Notes: generated by a model from the letters alone, not told the origin. A stretch of DNA of 64,000 nt from Raillietiella orientalis (GCA_036172245.1 JAYWIR010000028.1:2728001-2792000), one strand, 5' to 3'. Positions 13,836-28,646 are shown, counted from the first letter of the stretch. Program-made: numbers and translations.

Positions 13836-16619
13836 GTGCAGTTCTCCTAATAAGAAGGCTATGTGCCAATTTCCAAGCTCCCTGGCCTTCTAGGCAGGGC
13901 GTTATGATACCTCTGAGATTGAAATTGTCCACGAAAACGCTTTTGCCAAGAAGACTCCACCAGAAGTAGTCGAGTTGCCAGGGAAATAAAGGTCTCCGTC
14001 CCAAAATTCGTAGGAAAACAAAACAAAACAAAACTTTCACCAGTCCTAAACCAGTCCAGCATGTCCCTTTCTAGTGAGTGACCTTAGCAAGACCCCACTC
14101 CTAACGACCTCTTATTAGATCCCAAACATCCACTCGACAGGTTTCCAGGGGTGGATTCATCAGTGGGAAACGAAATCGAAGCCGACACGCCAAGCTCGTG
14201 GACGTCCACACCGGGCCGGGACGGACGTCAACGAGCACATGCAAAACTGACACAGATAACAGTAAACAGATGCTTTCGGGGAAAACAAAGACAGACTAAA
14301 AAGCTTTACTTACGGGGAGCTATGTCTTCTTCAGCCCTGGTACTCAGATTAGATCTGAGATCCTCATTTCGGAATATTCTTACGTGTGAATGTTAAGAAC
14401 TTCCTTTGAGGACAGGCGTGTTGCCACAGCTGGGTTCGCTACACGCCCTACTGAGTACAGCTCAATTCTCACTTAGTGAATGAAACCATGTGCTGGTTGC
14501 CCTACGAAGTAACCACCATGATGGCAATCGGCCAGTAATATATCATCTTCTCAAGGGAATAGATTGCATTATTTAAAGGAATGTCAGAAGACAACTTCAC
14601 AATGAGATGCGGATGGTTTGATGGATAGGGAAAAAAAAGTATGAAATTCTTTTCAAAAATTAATTTCATATTCTTTTTTTGTTTCCTTTCGATGGAATTT
14701 TTAATTACGTTTCAGGAAGTCGACGAAACAAATCGCACTGTACGATACACGGAACGAAATCCACTGTTGTGCTCGCTAATGAAGCAGGCCCCCCCCCAAA
14801 AAAAAAGAATCTGCTTGTCCCGCGGTGTTCTGGGATCCAAAGAATTTTCGGCGCCTTTCAAGATGCTGCTCCCGCAGCGTTCTTCCTACACTGAATTCAG
14901 AGAAGGAAACGCATGTCCGCAAAACAGAATGCTTCCCTCCTCGTAGGAAAGAGGACCGAACAGAGATGTCTTGGAAAACAGGGGGAGTATCCCGGGAAAG
15001 TTGGACGGTGTTCCGTCCTGAAAGGTGGACCCATCACTCCACTACACCGCACGCGGATGCACTTCGGGACACTGAGGAAACGGAATCAGCGAGCTCCCAC
15101 GGACAGGGGAAGCACACCAAGCACGGGGAAGGTCCGCGGCGTCAGGAGGGAGAAGGGTGGAATCTGCCTCTTTCGACTCCCAGTTCAGATCACACTCCTT
15201 GAGCGAGCCCTTTTATGCTCGGCTGAGCGGATTCCTGCACTTCTTTGCCGAACTTCGGTTCGTTTCATCCGGTGTGAAGGACGATGAATGTACATCAGTG
15301 GGATTCCAAGGACCGCCAAGCCTTGAACGCGGGGTGGGGGGGAAGGGAAAGGGCGGACGCGGTGCAACCAGCCTGCTGGCGGGCGATGACCGCCTTGGGA
15401 AGATGTAGAGGAGAAAGGAAAAATAAATTAATAAATAAAAAGACAGTCATTTATGCGCCGCCACGAACGCCATGATCTTTGCGGACTTGGAATTTTCAGT
15501 TGGTTGATTTCAGTCGCCATCTCCGTCCGCCTAAGGTGTGGGGTGCTCCCGAAAAGCGATCTCGAATGCACGAGACGTGGATGGTGGTGCCATCGACTTG
15601 CCGCCCTGCGCGTTTCGGCAGAATTCTTCTTCCGGCGAATTTCGGGAAACGGCCGAGGGTGCTGTTCGTGAAGATTCCCTCGAAACGCGCCCGCGACCCC
15701 CAATGCGTGAGTGTGTGTGTGTGCACGCGAGCGATTCGCTGCATCGGAAACGGAACTGCAATCCCGATTCCGCCCCTTCCCAGTGAAACAGGATCGGAAA
15801 CAGGATGAAAACTGAATGGCGCCTGCCACAAGGCGCCGTTCATTCTTTCGAGGATCTCATGGATCGATTTCAGGTGATTTTTGCTGTCGCCGTGCTGAAT
15901 TTCCAGGAGGAAGATTGTGAAGATGCACGCAGGGGAGGATGACATACCACCGAAGTGCTACGAGGCTCGTGCCATTTCGATCTTTGCCACGACCGCACGT
16001 GAATACTCGCAATCATCACTGGCAAGAGAAAACACCGAGCCGGAAAGTCGCGTGTGCGTATTCGAGAGTTGGCAGGGAGGACGTTGCCTTGACGATAAGC
16101 TTTCTCTTCGAAGAGTCTTATTCAGTAAACCCACAACGAGTAAGAACATTACTTTTCAAAATGTGGTAAGTTTTTGAAGATGCACACGAGCAAACGTACC
16201 CAGCAAGCGAAAGGCGTGCTCTTGGGGTTTTCTTCGCACGTTTTATGGCCACTCTAGCGATGTCACGGACTGAGATGTGAAAGCACAATCTTCAAGCGGG
16301 TTGCGATGGGAGATGATTTGAGGATGCCGCGTGGAGCGCACGGTTCACGTTCGATGGACGAAAATATTGAAGTCCAATTATCACGGAATTCGAAACGAAA
16401 CGCTCGCATACCAAGGAACTTTTTCCCCTGTGCAGTAACTGTTTCATGGTACTGCAAAACAATCTTAGTCAGGCAGTCCATGAAATTCACAGCGGATGGA
16501 ATACGCCACTCCATGACATTAAGGGGAAAAAAGAGAGGCAACGTCTGTGCAGCTTGCGGCTCAGAGAGCCAACATTTGGCCCCTTATGGCAGTTCAACAT
16601 CTGTTTTGGTAATTCACGG

Positions 16620-17390
16620 ATGGGTTCTCGCTATCTGTGACTGAGTTTTCCGTCGGACATGCTTTTTGTTCCAGCTCGGGCACGCCTCGTAAATCCGTAG
16701 GCATGCCGCCCACGATACTGACACGCAGGGACTGAGAACGTCTTGGAAGACGCCCCACAGAATTTGCTTCGAATTTGCTTTGCTCATAAGGATGGCGCCT
16801 CCAAATCCTGGAGGACCGTCGGAAAGCCCAGCTCCCGCTTGCAGAGCGGGGATCGGAAAGGCGACTTTGCTCCGTCTCTCTCTTCTGGTAGAGACGGATA
16901 GGATCTTCAGAAGAGCCACCTTCAACTGTCGGCAGCAATTCAGCTTCTCGATGGTTCCTGTTCCTGTGCCCGCCGATGTCTGTGCTAGCTTCTGGTCCCA
17001 GGGGTCCACCACTGCTCTTGCTTGCTCTCTGCTTGTAGGCGCCATCAGTCGTCGTCTGCAGCTCAGAATTCCTGATAGCCACACGTCTGTGATGCCAATA
17101 ATCCGAAGCCTCTGCTTCGATTTCTTCAGTCGCATAAGCGCCAATCTCTACAAAAACTCGTCATAGGTTGCTCTATAAATCTTCTGTTTCGCAAACTACA
17201 CAAAAGTTGATGCATAGTGCACTTTGAAAGCCTCGGAACGAGTCGTGCCATAGCATTTGCATAAAGAAGACCAACGAACGATGGGTATCTACAGTTGAAG
17301 AAGTCAACAGGTAAAATTGCTAGATGGCTGGAAGCAGGGTTCTTGCACCACAACATCAAAGGTGCATGCGACGCGGAAAATGTCACAGCT
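16620..17390 (-). mobile_element. Decayed zinc-finger-rich N-terminal region of an RLE-type retrotransposon
   Basis: Fragments such as KSPFRSPLCKRELGFPTVLQDL resemble degenerate C2H2 fingers. Heavily disrupted. Confidence 0.3.
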
Positions 17391-17864
17391 GAAGATTTAT
17401 GAATCTATGCTGAATCTTCGAGATCGCTAATTATTCAAAAGCAGAAAAACTAAAAAGACGAGAACGCCTGCTGTCAGTAGCATTTGACCGCATTTCCTCA
17501 AGGTCTAAAAAACATCTCTACCAAAGGACCGGTCCATGGAAAAGATGACAGCAAAATTAAGGGGTTCAAGCCAAGGTGCTCTGTACACTCTAGTAAGGAA
17601 AAAGACGCCGTATTCACGGTTGTATTTGAGGTACTCGGTGTGAACAACGTTTCTCGAAAGGAACCAAATCTGTCCAGAAAAGACTGATGACTGTTAGACA
17701 GAGTGTGGGAAAAATTCTTTCAGGCTGGGAAAGGTTGAACTCCTGAATTCCCTGAGCTCCGTAATTTGTGACTGCTGAGCGTGTGGAGTCCGATCTCTTT
17801 CGCATGCTTTTCCTCCGTCGATTGCATGGCCTGCATGCAGACAAACAGCCTTACAAGAGGGGAA

Positions 17865-18673
17865 GCCCGCGTCGGAGGCTTTGTGGTTAAGGCTTCCACG
17901 TGTGGTACCATGCGTCGCGGGTTCGAATACTGCGGCAGAAACTCTGACGCCACTGCGTCGTCGGGGGCCGAGTTTCTCCTGCAATGGCGCTGGTTGGCCG
18001 AGACATTCGGGTGTGGCACCGGCGGTGGATTAAGCCGGAGGTCCCTGATGAAGGCCGGACAATGGGAGTTGACCTTCGGATCTTTCCAGGAATAAAGGAG
18101 TAGGAAGTCCCCCCTCCGGTCGTACAACGGAGAGCGGACCCTCCTCACCGAGGGGACCCCTCCGGTTTCAAGATGGAGCAGGAGCCCTCACAGGCACCTC
18201 TCCAGTTGTTCAAAGGAGCGGACCCTTCCTGTTGCGGGGGGACCCTCCGAGTCGTCGCCTCTTCACAGAGTGTGCACAAGGAAGCAAGCGAGAGCGATTC
18301 CCCTGCGGGAAGCTGCAGCGCCCCTTCTGAGGAAGCGTCCCTTCGGGGTTCTCTTCAGAGGAGTGAACAGGAGCGGTTCCCTTGCGGATTCCCTCCGGGG
18401 AAGAAATTCCTACGAACGGATTCTTTCCGGGTTCCTTTCGGAGAAGTTGAAATGGAGAGGATAGCCCCTCCCCATGGGGGGTGTCCCTCCGGAGAGAATG
18501 AGGAAGGAGATTCCCTTCAAGGTTCCCCTTAGGAGACAACCAGGGTGGGAGGTGCGATCCCCCCCCCGTCCGGATGGGATTCCTCCCCAAGCGTGAGAGG
18601 AACGGACTCCGAGCCATTCCTGGATTCATAGGGCGGACCCCATCCCGGGGTGTCCCCTATTTTTATAAAAAAA
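17865..18673 (+). mobile_element. Long tRNA-derived SINE, copy C (diverged subfamily, shorter 3' end)
   Basis: Starts with the same GCCCGCGTCGGAGGC as copy B. TGTGGTTAAGG A-box-like and GGTTCGAATAC B-box-like (17920-17930). Colinear similarity along the body. Ends CCCTATTTTT-AT-A7, with AAGAGGG on both flanks (17855 and 18672) as a degenerate TSD. Confidence 0.75.
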
Positions 18674-19672
18674 GAGGGAGACTATAATGGCTGTCGGAGT
18701 TGCTGGAGGTGTGGGCAACAACCCGGATGCCTCTTGTCTGACGAGTAACAGATGAATTCGTGAAACATCGTAAGCAGGAAGCAATGTGGGGACATGCATT
18801 GGGTTGTGATGCGAACATTTACGTCACAACCGAAAGGTATGGCGACCGATGGGGAAGTCACGGCTCGAAGTGATTTTCGACATTGCGACTTCTTTTGAAT
18901 GAAGCTCTACTTCCAAGGGAACATCCATCGATGGATCAGCTCATGGCACGTAAAGCTCCATCAGATTTCCGTGCTTCGGAATGGGCTTGAAGCGTGTTGC
19001 TTGGTTCTTTGAAAGCGTTCCAGCTTTCGCAGATTTTGCATCCCATGTTCTTATGCCATTGAAAACAAAAATTTGTTTCGAGAACGAACAGAGAGAGAGA
19101 TTGCGGGGGAGGGGGGAGGAAACGAAACATCTAGAGAAACTTTCGTAGGCAATTGACATTTTACGTGCTGACCGGTGTTACTGATCCAGCGGAGCACAGA
19201 ACAAAATCGCTTAAGTTCATCTAGAGGAATCTGGATCTCAAGATTTTGGCCTTTTTATATATCGCGCTGAACGTTCATAACTCATGCAAATTTACATTAA
19301 CACTTATGTATTAACATTTCTTCTTTATCGCTTTCGTGTTGTAAGAGCATACGGAGTGGTAATTAAGATGAAGATGAATCCGCTGAGATTGGCCACCTAA
19401 GGCTCTGCTTTATTTAAACTTCCTGCAAGACAACACGTTCTGCAAACTGCCTTTCTTCTTGAACTCTACTGGTCTCTTTGCAACTTAGCTAAGAGCACGT
19501 GTTCTCCTATGCTTCCTGATAGAGTTTGCACAAAATTCCTTTTGAACTGTAAAAATTACAAATTTTGGAGGCTTTCCAAGTGCATTGAAAGGCTTGCACG
19601 TAACAGATCACCCGGAAGAGAACATAAATATCATGCTTATCGACCACTGTGTGAGAAAAGGGAGCCCTTCTA

Positions 19673-19673
<1 letters not shown>

Positions 19674-19703
<30 letters not shown>
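19674..19703. repeat. (CA)n microsatellite
   Basis: Directly visible. Confidence 0.9.
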
Positions 19704-19704
<1 letters not shown>

Positions 19705-22700
19705 CATTTGTTCAATAGAGACAGGTTGTCAACGAGATCCTGATGTTTCCACGCAAAGACCTCGAGCCCGTTTTCCCTGACTCAGCTTCCGTCGGAAGTG
19801 TTTCGTTTCCCAGAAGAACTGGAAACCTGTTGACCAAGGAAATTAACACGGACGCCACGTCCACAAATGACTTTCACGCTTTTCTTGCATAATTTTAGAT
19901 GGACGCAACCGCGGCGCTTTTGCGAAGAACCGCACCTTGGGATTCAGTCTGCTCGCGCGTTCATCTCATTTGATCTCGTCATTATTTGTGCATAGAATGG
20001 GTGCTGAATTTGTGCATCCTTGGAAATCCACGGACGGCAGGGATCGAACATCTTTGAAATCACTACCGTGCTGAGCAGGCGGTTGGTGTACTTCTGCTAT
20101 CAATAGAATGGGGCCGTGCTGAGGTGAAGGGTTTGGTGATGTTCCGAATGCCAGAAATAAGCTGAACTTGGAGACAAGGCTGGGAACCCAGCTTCAACTA
20201 GAAGAGGAAAGTGCAGCACGGCGGAGATAACGATCACGTGATAGCATCTGGCCTGCATCCGGGAGAGGGTGAACGAGAGACTCGAGACAGCTTTCAAAAG
20301 TCAAGCATCCTCGATGCAATATATCCCTCCAGTATGAAGGAATGTCTGCCGCATGTCTTTCGAATCCCTTGCTAATAGGATGCTCTCTGGGAGGCATCCT
20401 TTTTTTTTCCTGTTTGACTACTTTGATTCCCGGTGCCGCTGTGAGCGCAGCAAACGAGGTGCACGCTGTAAGAATGTGTGGCACTTTACATGTTAAAAGC
20501 GTGAAGTGGATTGCATGCACTCTCAAGAGCTTACTTTTAATTTCCATACACACATCGAGTACACATGTGTCCAATGCCAGTAGCGACTCTGAGCGACTGT
20601 TAAGCCACTTTTGATAACGAGATCGTCTCGAATTTGCTTTGAATGCTTCGTTTGCCTCTGAAAGACATCGAAGAAGAAGCCTCGCAAATTCGGGAAAAAA
20701 ACAACAACAGAAGGACCCCCCCCACCATCACCCCAAAAAAAAGGGAAAACAAGATCCTTAAAAATTGAAGCTGTTTTGAAAATCTCGAGATATTCTTGCG
20801 AGCTCGATCAGATGTGAGTGCCGCACGGAAACCCTGGAGTTGCCTCTCGCAACCGCGTTGGAAAGGTCAGCACACGTCCACCCAGGGGGAAGGCGAACCT
20901 TCGGCAACCACATAACTCGAGAACTTTCCGACGTCATTAAAAAAACCCAGAGAGGCATCGACAGGTGGATAATTCAGTGATCGTAACGGTGTGTCGTCAA
21001 TTGCAGCAAAATTACATCTCTTTGATGGCAACAACAGTAACAACAGTACCTCCCAGCCTGCGGCTAAATCCTCATCGTCGAACTTTCGATTTTTGTTCCC
21101 AAGGAAAATCTGAAAAATCCGCCCTTACGCAATCGCACTCGAATCTGCAGATGGCACTCCCTTTTAAAAGGTGTTTTGAGAATAGGAGGGGACATTTATT
21201 CCTTTTCAGTAAGGAATATCTTATCAAACGTAAAAGATCTCCATGAAAGAACGTCGATCAGAACACGTGTGAAAAGAGATAAATAGGAACGATACCGCAC
21301 TTGTGAAATCTCAAATATTTTTACATGTTATGGCGATAAACGATTGAGCGAAACCTAATTTCTCCTCTACATGTTCGCTTTCCAGACTTCCGTTCGTATC
21401 ACAAGGGCAGACGGTTCAAGTACGCCCACTTGACTGTACAATTTTGTTAAAAAAAATGTTGTCAACCGAGCGTGGCAATTCCTTTTAGCGCACGAGCACA
21501 ACACGAGGGTGTTGCCTCTTTTTTTTTTTTTTTTCCTCTTCCCCCCTCCCCCTGCTCTCCCTCAATCGACGACATTCGTCACGATCCGGATTGCGACTCC
21601 GCTACAGATGTAACTGCCTGGAGTAATCAGAAGCTGCGGGAAACGTTACGAGCGACACCGAGGTGCCACGACAACTACCAGGAGCACGTCCGAACCTTCC
21701 TCAAATGCATCACCAAATCACGAAGGGCTAACCTTACGGAATTCTTTCGCGTGCAGCATCACTATGCGCTTATAAATCACTTCTCCAGGAACGGCGCACC
21801 GAGTCCGGAAAGCATCCCGAAAAGTGAAACGACTTACATTGATCTTGGTACCATTCTGAGCAGAGTTGGCAATCCTGACACTGGCATGATGGGTAGGTCG
21901 ACTTCGAAACTACTTCTTGACTTGTTTCATCGACACCGGTAGGCAGTTTGTTGCCAGCACGACTGTGTCTATGCACTTGGGCAGGATCAAGTTGGTCTTC
22001 TGTTTCTAATGGATGCGCCAGCTGGTTGCTGCGTCAAATTCGGCTGTGTGCCGGACGCATCACTGGGTGTGTAGAGGAACTAAAACAACAAGCCCATTCC
22101 CAGTTGGGACGCAGCAACGCAGCAAATCAGCGCAACCCATAACCGGTCAACAGTTTCTGTGCAATCAAAAGAGACCTTCCATTTGTGCATGCGCTTGGGG
22201 CTGCTGTGGGTGAAAGTGAACCTTTTTCAGGGCTCTCGTGTCACGGGTGGACAGGAAGGAGAACACTCGTTGAGTGCACGTGCACTCTTGAATGCAGAAG
22301 CCTCGTTCGACGCAACACTAAGTGTCCTAGTCCTTCCACGACCCCCTCTTCCTCTCCCACCATGGTGAAACCGAAGAGCTGAAGAATCCCGGACGGCAAA
22401 GCAAACCGCCTCTCCCCCCCCCCCCCCAAATGATGCACGGATGCTCTATGACACCGAATCACGAAAATCTACGCGTTCTAGGAACAGAACCAGCAAACCA
22501 TCGCGACGCCTCTCCTACGACTACTGGCCTGGGACGTACCCGCAAGCTGGAATCGATTCCCGGTTGACCTTCGGAATCCCCTCCAGCACTGTACTTTTTT
22601 TTTTTGCCTCTCTCCTTCTTCTTGAAATGTGAACAGGAAGACGAAGAGCGTGCGATTTGCGATCCGAGTTCAAGCCGGTGCCCAGCTACAAATCTGCGTC

Positions 22701-25700
22701 CCCTCCAAAAATCACAAACCAGCAGAAACGAGGTCTATTCTTCAGGGTCATCGGTAGGGAGGAGTAGGATGTTCGCAGACGACCTCTCCGCGCCCTGCAA
22801 TTGTGGATGGATGCTGCTGTTGCAGCAGCAGCAGCACAACGACAAAAAAAAAATAGCAGTCTTATAGCAGCGATTGCCGAAGCGCTTCGGACAACAATGA
22901 ACCCCCGAGGGCCTCTTTGCAGACTCCCAACTGTTGGCGACGGATGTTGGTGCTCCTAAACATCAAGATAAACCTTATCGAGGAACACGAGGTGCGACTG
23001 TTGATCGGAAGGTGGTCACTTCAAAGGTTGCGGGAGTCTTCCGCCTCTTTCAGACAACCCACGAGATAAGTTTTTGCGCGCGCGTTTCAAACGACTGCGA
23101 TCCCGAAAAGATAAATAAATGAGATAAAAGGGATGAACGCCACGTTTGGAGAGCCGTCGAGGATCCAGGCTGCCGGCATCCGCTCGATCACGCAACGGAG
23201 GAAGCCTCAAAGATCGAAACGGACCCGCCCTCCCCCCCCCCTCCCTTGCCTTCCAATGACCACCGCAGGTTCACTGCCTCCCGAGGAGTACAAGCTCGTC
23301 CATGGATGCGCGTCCCGCACGCGTGGACGGACGTTCCGCACCTCTCCCGAGAGCTTGCGGGAGAAGTCGGCCAGCTACGTCGACTGAGCTTCCCTGTCTC
23401 TGTTGCAAGGAGGAGCGCCAGGAAGCAACGAAGGGAGCGACGGCGGAATAAGGGGGGAGAAGAAGCGAGGTGGGAAGCCTTTCAAAAGGAGCTCCATCCA
23501 GCGCCGGGCATTTCGGTCACCTTCGTGAGATTTCTCCGGGTTCAAGAGTCTCCCCTGCGTCTCTGATCCGCCCCTCTCTCCCTTCCTCCCCTTGATTTCC
23601 TTCTTCCTCCCCTGCACCTTTCGTGTGCGAAAACACTGGGGCATGCAGCAGCCTACTTGGAGAGCGCTCTCTTTCTTCCAGAGCAGCCATAACAGGGAGG
23701 AAAGCTCCTTTTGCACATCTGCGATCGCGCATGTGTTCCATCGAGGCTGGATGAGATCGGGAGCAAGTGAGAGGCTGCAGCTTTGCGGGGCTGGCAAGGA
23801 AAGAGTTCGTTACTCCTGTAAATAAACCGGGATGGGACGGACCGAGCACGAGGGATGTAGGATTCGCCTGGCAAGCTTTCAAAACAGGTCGGGGAAGCCG
23901 CCTGCTCTCTCGCAAACAGAGCTCTCGTGCTCTTTGGAAGAGGGTTTCCGTGGAAACGAAACATCCCTTCGTGACTACTCACATGGTTTTTCAGAACTCA
24001 GGCCTAAGCCGTCCGCGCATCCAGAACGAGCAGATTGAACGTCAGTATCTCGTGAGGAAGTGGAATGGAGTGCATCAGGCGCTGATCCCAAGCCTTCCGG
24101 TCCTGTTTCAGAGAGCGGCCGAAGTCGATGGCTCGACACAGCACGACAAAGAGAAGCTCTAGGGAGGTGATGCTGAGCATTCGAGAGGCGGATGAGGTGT
24201 GACATGGAGCGGGAGAGGGAGATCGGCTCCAGTACTGCGCAACGCGGCTTTCCTTGCTCCTGCTCTAGTGGAAGTCCTACAGAAACGCTCCCTGGAGAGC
24301 GAGGCAGATCCTCTGCATCCACGATCTCGAGAACCTACCCCATCCTTCTCTCCATAAGGAAGCCTTCCCAGGAAGCAGGAGCCGTCCATATCACGGACTC
24401 TTCCAGATCTCTGCGTCAAGGTAACTCCTCCCGATACGAGGCTTCCCGAATCCATGGGAGGTGCAGCCCGTCGCTTGCGTGCAGATGCTCGCAATGCTCC
24501 CGGGGAACCGCACGGCCCGAAGATGGCCCGAGCTCGAGAGGGAGTGGAGGAGCGCTCTTCGAACCTTCCGCGAAGGATGTCCATCTCACGGAAGAGAATC
24601 TCTGCTTCCGTCGCGGGCTCTCCGCAGAGGCTGGCATGCGTAGAGCCTCACATGAAGAGGCGAACGGCACCTCGAAGCTTCTGCTTCTGGGACATGGCGC
24701 TCTCATATGCGCTGCAACAGCTCCTACGCTCAAATTCCAGTGGTCCATAGACTTCAATGTCCGGTTCCGCAGGTGGCAACTTCCTCAATCCAACGTCTGC
24801 TCCGCATCCTGGTAAGATCGCTGGAAGGTTTCTCATACCCTTCCTGCGCGCGAAACGCAGCCACGTGGTTTTTTTTCTCGTGACACAACCACGTGTGCCT
24901 CCCCTTTTCGCGCAAACCCACATCCCTGTTGGCGATGAATGCACCCAAGGAGCCGCTCGGAAAGCTTCGCGAAGGGGAGATGCGGGACCAGGAAACCTCC
25001 GTTGGCGGATAGGGGCCTGAGTCCGGAAGAAAAACTCCGGATCCTCAGAGGCGAAGACGGACGTCTACCTCGAACCCGGCAAACTGTCGGTCCGATCTCG
25101 ACTTCCCAGGAACCTCCTGCTTTCCCCCCCTTAGAAAGCGTCCTTCAGCTACCCCTGTTGCAGCTTTCCGGGATCGGCGAATCCCAGATTGTACTGCACT
25201 GGGCTGTTCAAGGTTTCCAGCTTCCTGTCTAGAAATGCCTGTGGAGCTTCCGAAAAACCAGGGAAGAAGCCTGTTGAAGCAGCTGATTAGCTCTGCTGGT
25301 GAAGGATCCTTTCTGGTTCTCTTTTTCTGTACCGAGATGCCGTCGATACTCACCGTGCGAGATCAGACAGAGTCAAAAGCGGGGATGACACAAGCTGGTC
25401 AGACTCCTCGCTGAGTAAGTACCTTCCGAAGAAGGTGCAGAAAAAGAAGGGGAAGGATTCCGTGATGCCACCATCCCCATCGATCTGATCTTTGCTTCCT
25501 GCAAGCGCTTCGGCATTATGCAGGTCATGCATTGCTGGATTTGTGCTGGGTTTTCGGGAAACCCGCAACCCATTTCATCTGCCTCTCAAGCTCTTCTTCT
25601 GCCATTTCCAGCACCGAACGTTTGCGCCTTCATTGGATGCAAAGCACCTCCCTCACTGGCTGAATGCCACTGTTCCCTCTCCCTCTCCTGCGAGACTGGT

Positions 25701-28029
25701 AATGGTCCATGGTGTGTTGTAGAAATCCTCCCCAGTGAACCCGGGCACGATGGAGCTCACAGGTATTCAGCGAGAGTTGATAAAGATGTCTTCTCCGCAT
25801 CGAACGCGTTATGCAGCCACCCCTTAAGCACGCTCACTTCCTGCCTACAGATGAAACTCTGTTGTCAAGGGAAGGATGCGTTTGCACAAGGCCATACTAT
25901 GGGCGCACACATCGCTGCGTGGCCTTCGTGAAGTGTCACCTCATGTGCCGAACCTTCAGGCTGGCTATCCCATCAACCAATCCATCACAAACTTCGTGGG
26001 ATGACATTGCGTTCTAATGTCACCCGTGGCAGTTCAAGGTCGCCCAGAGCAGCGAGTCTCCCCTTCCTGAGTGGAAAAGGGGAAAACTTGGAGTGGTCTT
26101 GGAGGCATTACTCAGTCATGAACAATGCCACCATCGACAGCCGTAATTTTGTTAAGCTCCTCACAGCTTCTGTTTCAACCCCATCATCAATCACCCAGCA
26201 GCGATTCTTTAGATATATCTTGATCTTCCCATCTTCCTTCGAGTGTCTTAACCATGGACTCCAACAGAGATGTCAGTAATCTCCATACCTCTAATCTCCA
26301 TCACATGGACCATGCACCTCTCAAGTTCCTTGTAGGCGCACCGCACAAGACCACTTGAATCTCGCCCTTGGCCATCCAGGCCATGACTCTCAGTGGAACC
26401 ATGACATCTGATGTTGCCTAGGAAAAGACGGATGCAGACGCCTCGTGCGCGGAGGCTATCCTGGTGCGACCAGTTGGATGCTGAAACAGCAGGAGTTCAG
26501 GAAAAGAAAGTAGAAATGTCAGCATCCTGAAATTCGTGAGATTCACCAAGGTGATTTTGTTTTTTGTTTTTTCGAATCCTGTACTCAGGAAAAATTTTCT
26601 GAAGCAGAAAAGAAGGATGAAAAATGCCAAAGTTATAAGGAAGACGCTTCGAAATGGCTCGTTTCATCTACTCGGTCAAGAGACCACGAAAACAATGAAT
26701 TCGAAGTTTCCAGTTTTGAACAAAGTTTGCCTCTGGGCCACTGTAAGCTGCTGCATAAGACCGCAGTCAATGCTGCTCCACGAAAGTAAGAGTGCATTCC
26801 TTGTCTTTTCGGATGATGAAGTGGCTCCCATCCCCAACTCAACTGCTGCTGTTTAGTCGGGCCTGTTCTAGTTCAAGTTCATTTTCATACCGAAGGAGAC
26901 GGGAAAGACCAGATTCCACATCTCTTATTCCAGGGATGCTCGAATGAGTAACCCAAAGTACCAGAACGACGCCAGGAGCCAACTTTCGAACTGCTCCATG
27001 TGAAAGAGATGTTTCGTGAACTGCCAACCGTCTTCTCTCTTCTGACAACTTTCTTCCCCAAAAGAGAGGTTTCCCCGGAGTTCGGAGGCTGCTGCTCGTT
27101 CTCTCTGATGCTACCGAAGGCTCCTGGAAAGTTATCTATGGAGAAAGGAGACCCAGACAAAAAAATCCCTAATCGAAGATGGGACGATACCTTCTGTGAC
27201 GTAAAGGAAGAATGCCTTTTGTTTCTTAGGACACATTCCAGGGAGCCTCTCTTAGTGCAGGAGAGAGGGAACAGAGATATCTTCGGATTTTCGGAAACAG
27301 CAGTAGCCTCGCAGGATGTGTGCCAGAGACTGGCAGAAGATGCGCACACAAACAAGAGAAGGATTTCTTAAACTCTGGGGAGTCTTGTGTTTCAGAAGAG
27401 AAGAGCGATAGAGATTCGAGGTCAGATAGACGGATGGAAACATTTGGGTCAAATCACCTGACCGTTAGTTCTCGGGACGCCACTCCGTTGATTTCTCCAT
27501 GATTGGGGAGTGCATAGCTGGCCTCGAAGTCTTCTCTTCCTTGTTTGATATCCCAGATTCCATGGCAGCCTTTCATTCTCTAGATCAAAAGAAAAAAGGA
27601 TTCAAATAAGATATTTTCTTTTCCCTCCTCTTCTTTTTCTTTTTTCTTTTCTTTCTCTTTTTTCTACCTCGTTCTCGGATGGTTGCAAAAAAAGGGTTGA
27701 AAGGGGAAACGAAGGAGAGATATCACAGAGTATAGTTTTTTCAAGGAGCTTTCCAAAGTTTCGAGATTCATTTCCAGCAGATACGGAACAGTAGAAGGAA
27801 AAAATGGCCGTTGCCGTCGTGTATCAGCCTCAATCCTACAAAGCCTTCCCAGAATTCCAGAGAGTTTCCAAGAAAAGCAGAGTCCAAAGTTGGAAAAAGA
27901 AAGAAGAAAGAAATCCAGTGGCTCGTTGAATTACAACTAGGTCCTCCACCACTGCTCTCCACTTTCATATGGCGCATGCGCGAGGATCTGCACGGACAGG
28001 GAACGGATTCGTTGCGGTATGGTTCCATG

Positions 28030-28390
28030 CAAGGGGGAAAAGGCTATTCCATACCAATTGCACTAGGATTAGGTCATTTTGGATCTCGTCCGATTTTCTG
28101 GAGTGGAGTTTGCTCGTATCCGTCGATGCCCACTCTTGACACATCTTGGTGCCGTACTGGATGCAGTCCACTTTTCACTGAATATGGACTGAATATAGTT
28201 CGGACTGCAAAAATCTGCCAGAAGACGAGATGTTTCAAGTGCGACCAGCAACACTACCTGACTCACGGTTGTAAGAGGCAGCCACAGTGCCGCTGCTGCA
28301 AGCTCTTTGGACATCAAGCGTGAATGTAGGCGATGCCCGGCGTGGCCCGCAACCCAGTGTCTGCATCCGCTCCCAGAGGTATAACAGAAC
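28030..28390 (+). mobile_element. Gag-like CCHC zinc-knuckle fragment (L1/Tx1-type ORF1 relic)
   Basis: CFKCDQQHYLTHGCKRQPQCRCCKLFGHQ forms tandem CX2CX4HX4C-like knuckles. The frame is broken. Confidence 0.5.
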
Positions 28391-28646
28391 CGCAACAGGA
28401 GGTGGACACCCTGAGCGCAGTCGCCGCCACGGGCTTCACCGAAGTGGAAAAAAAAGAAGAGAAACAAAAAAAAGCCAGTTACGAAGGATTTTCCTTCTCT
28501 TAAAGCGCCGGTGGACAGCGCCGTGACCGAGGAGGAGAAGACACTGTCGGTTACAGCCGGTACGTCGGAGACAATCTGGTGCTAGTCTTCACTGATACGG
28601 AAAAGGCATCTGACACAGGGACCAAGGGATGCTCTCGATAGTCTTG

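Noticed and set aside
14125..14170. Hammerhead-ribozyme-like CTGATGA..GAAAC..GTC on the minus strand
   Set aside because: Stem II does not close (A opposite G) and stem I cannot pair next to the cleavage site.
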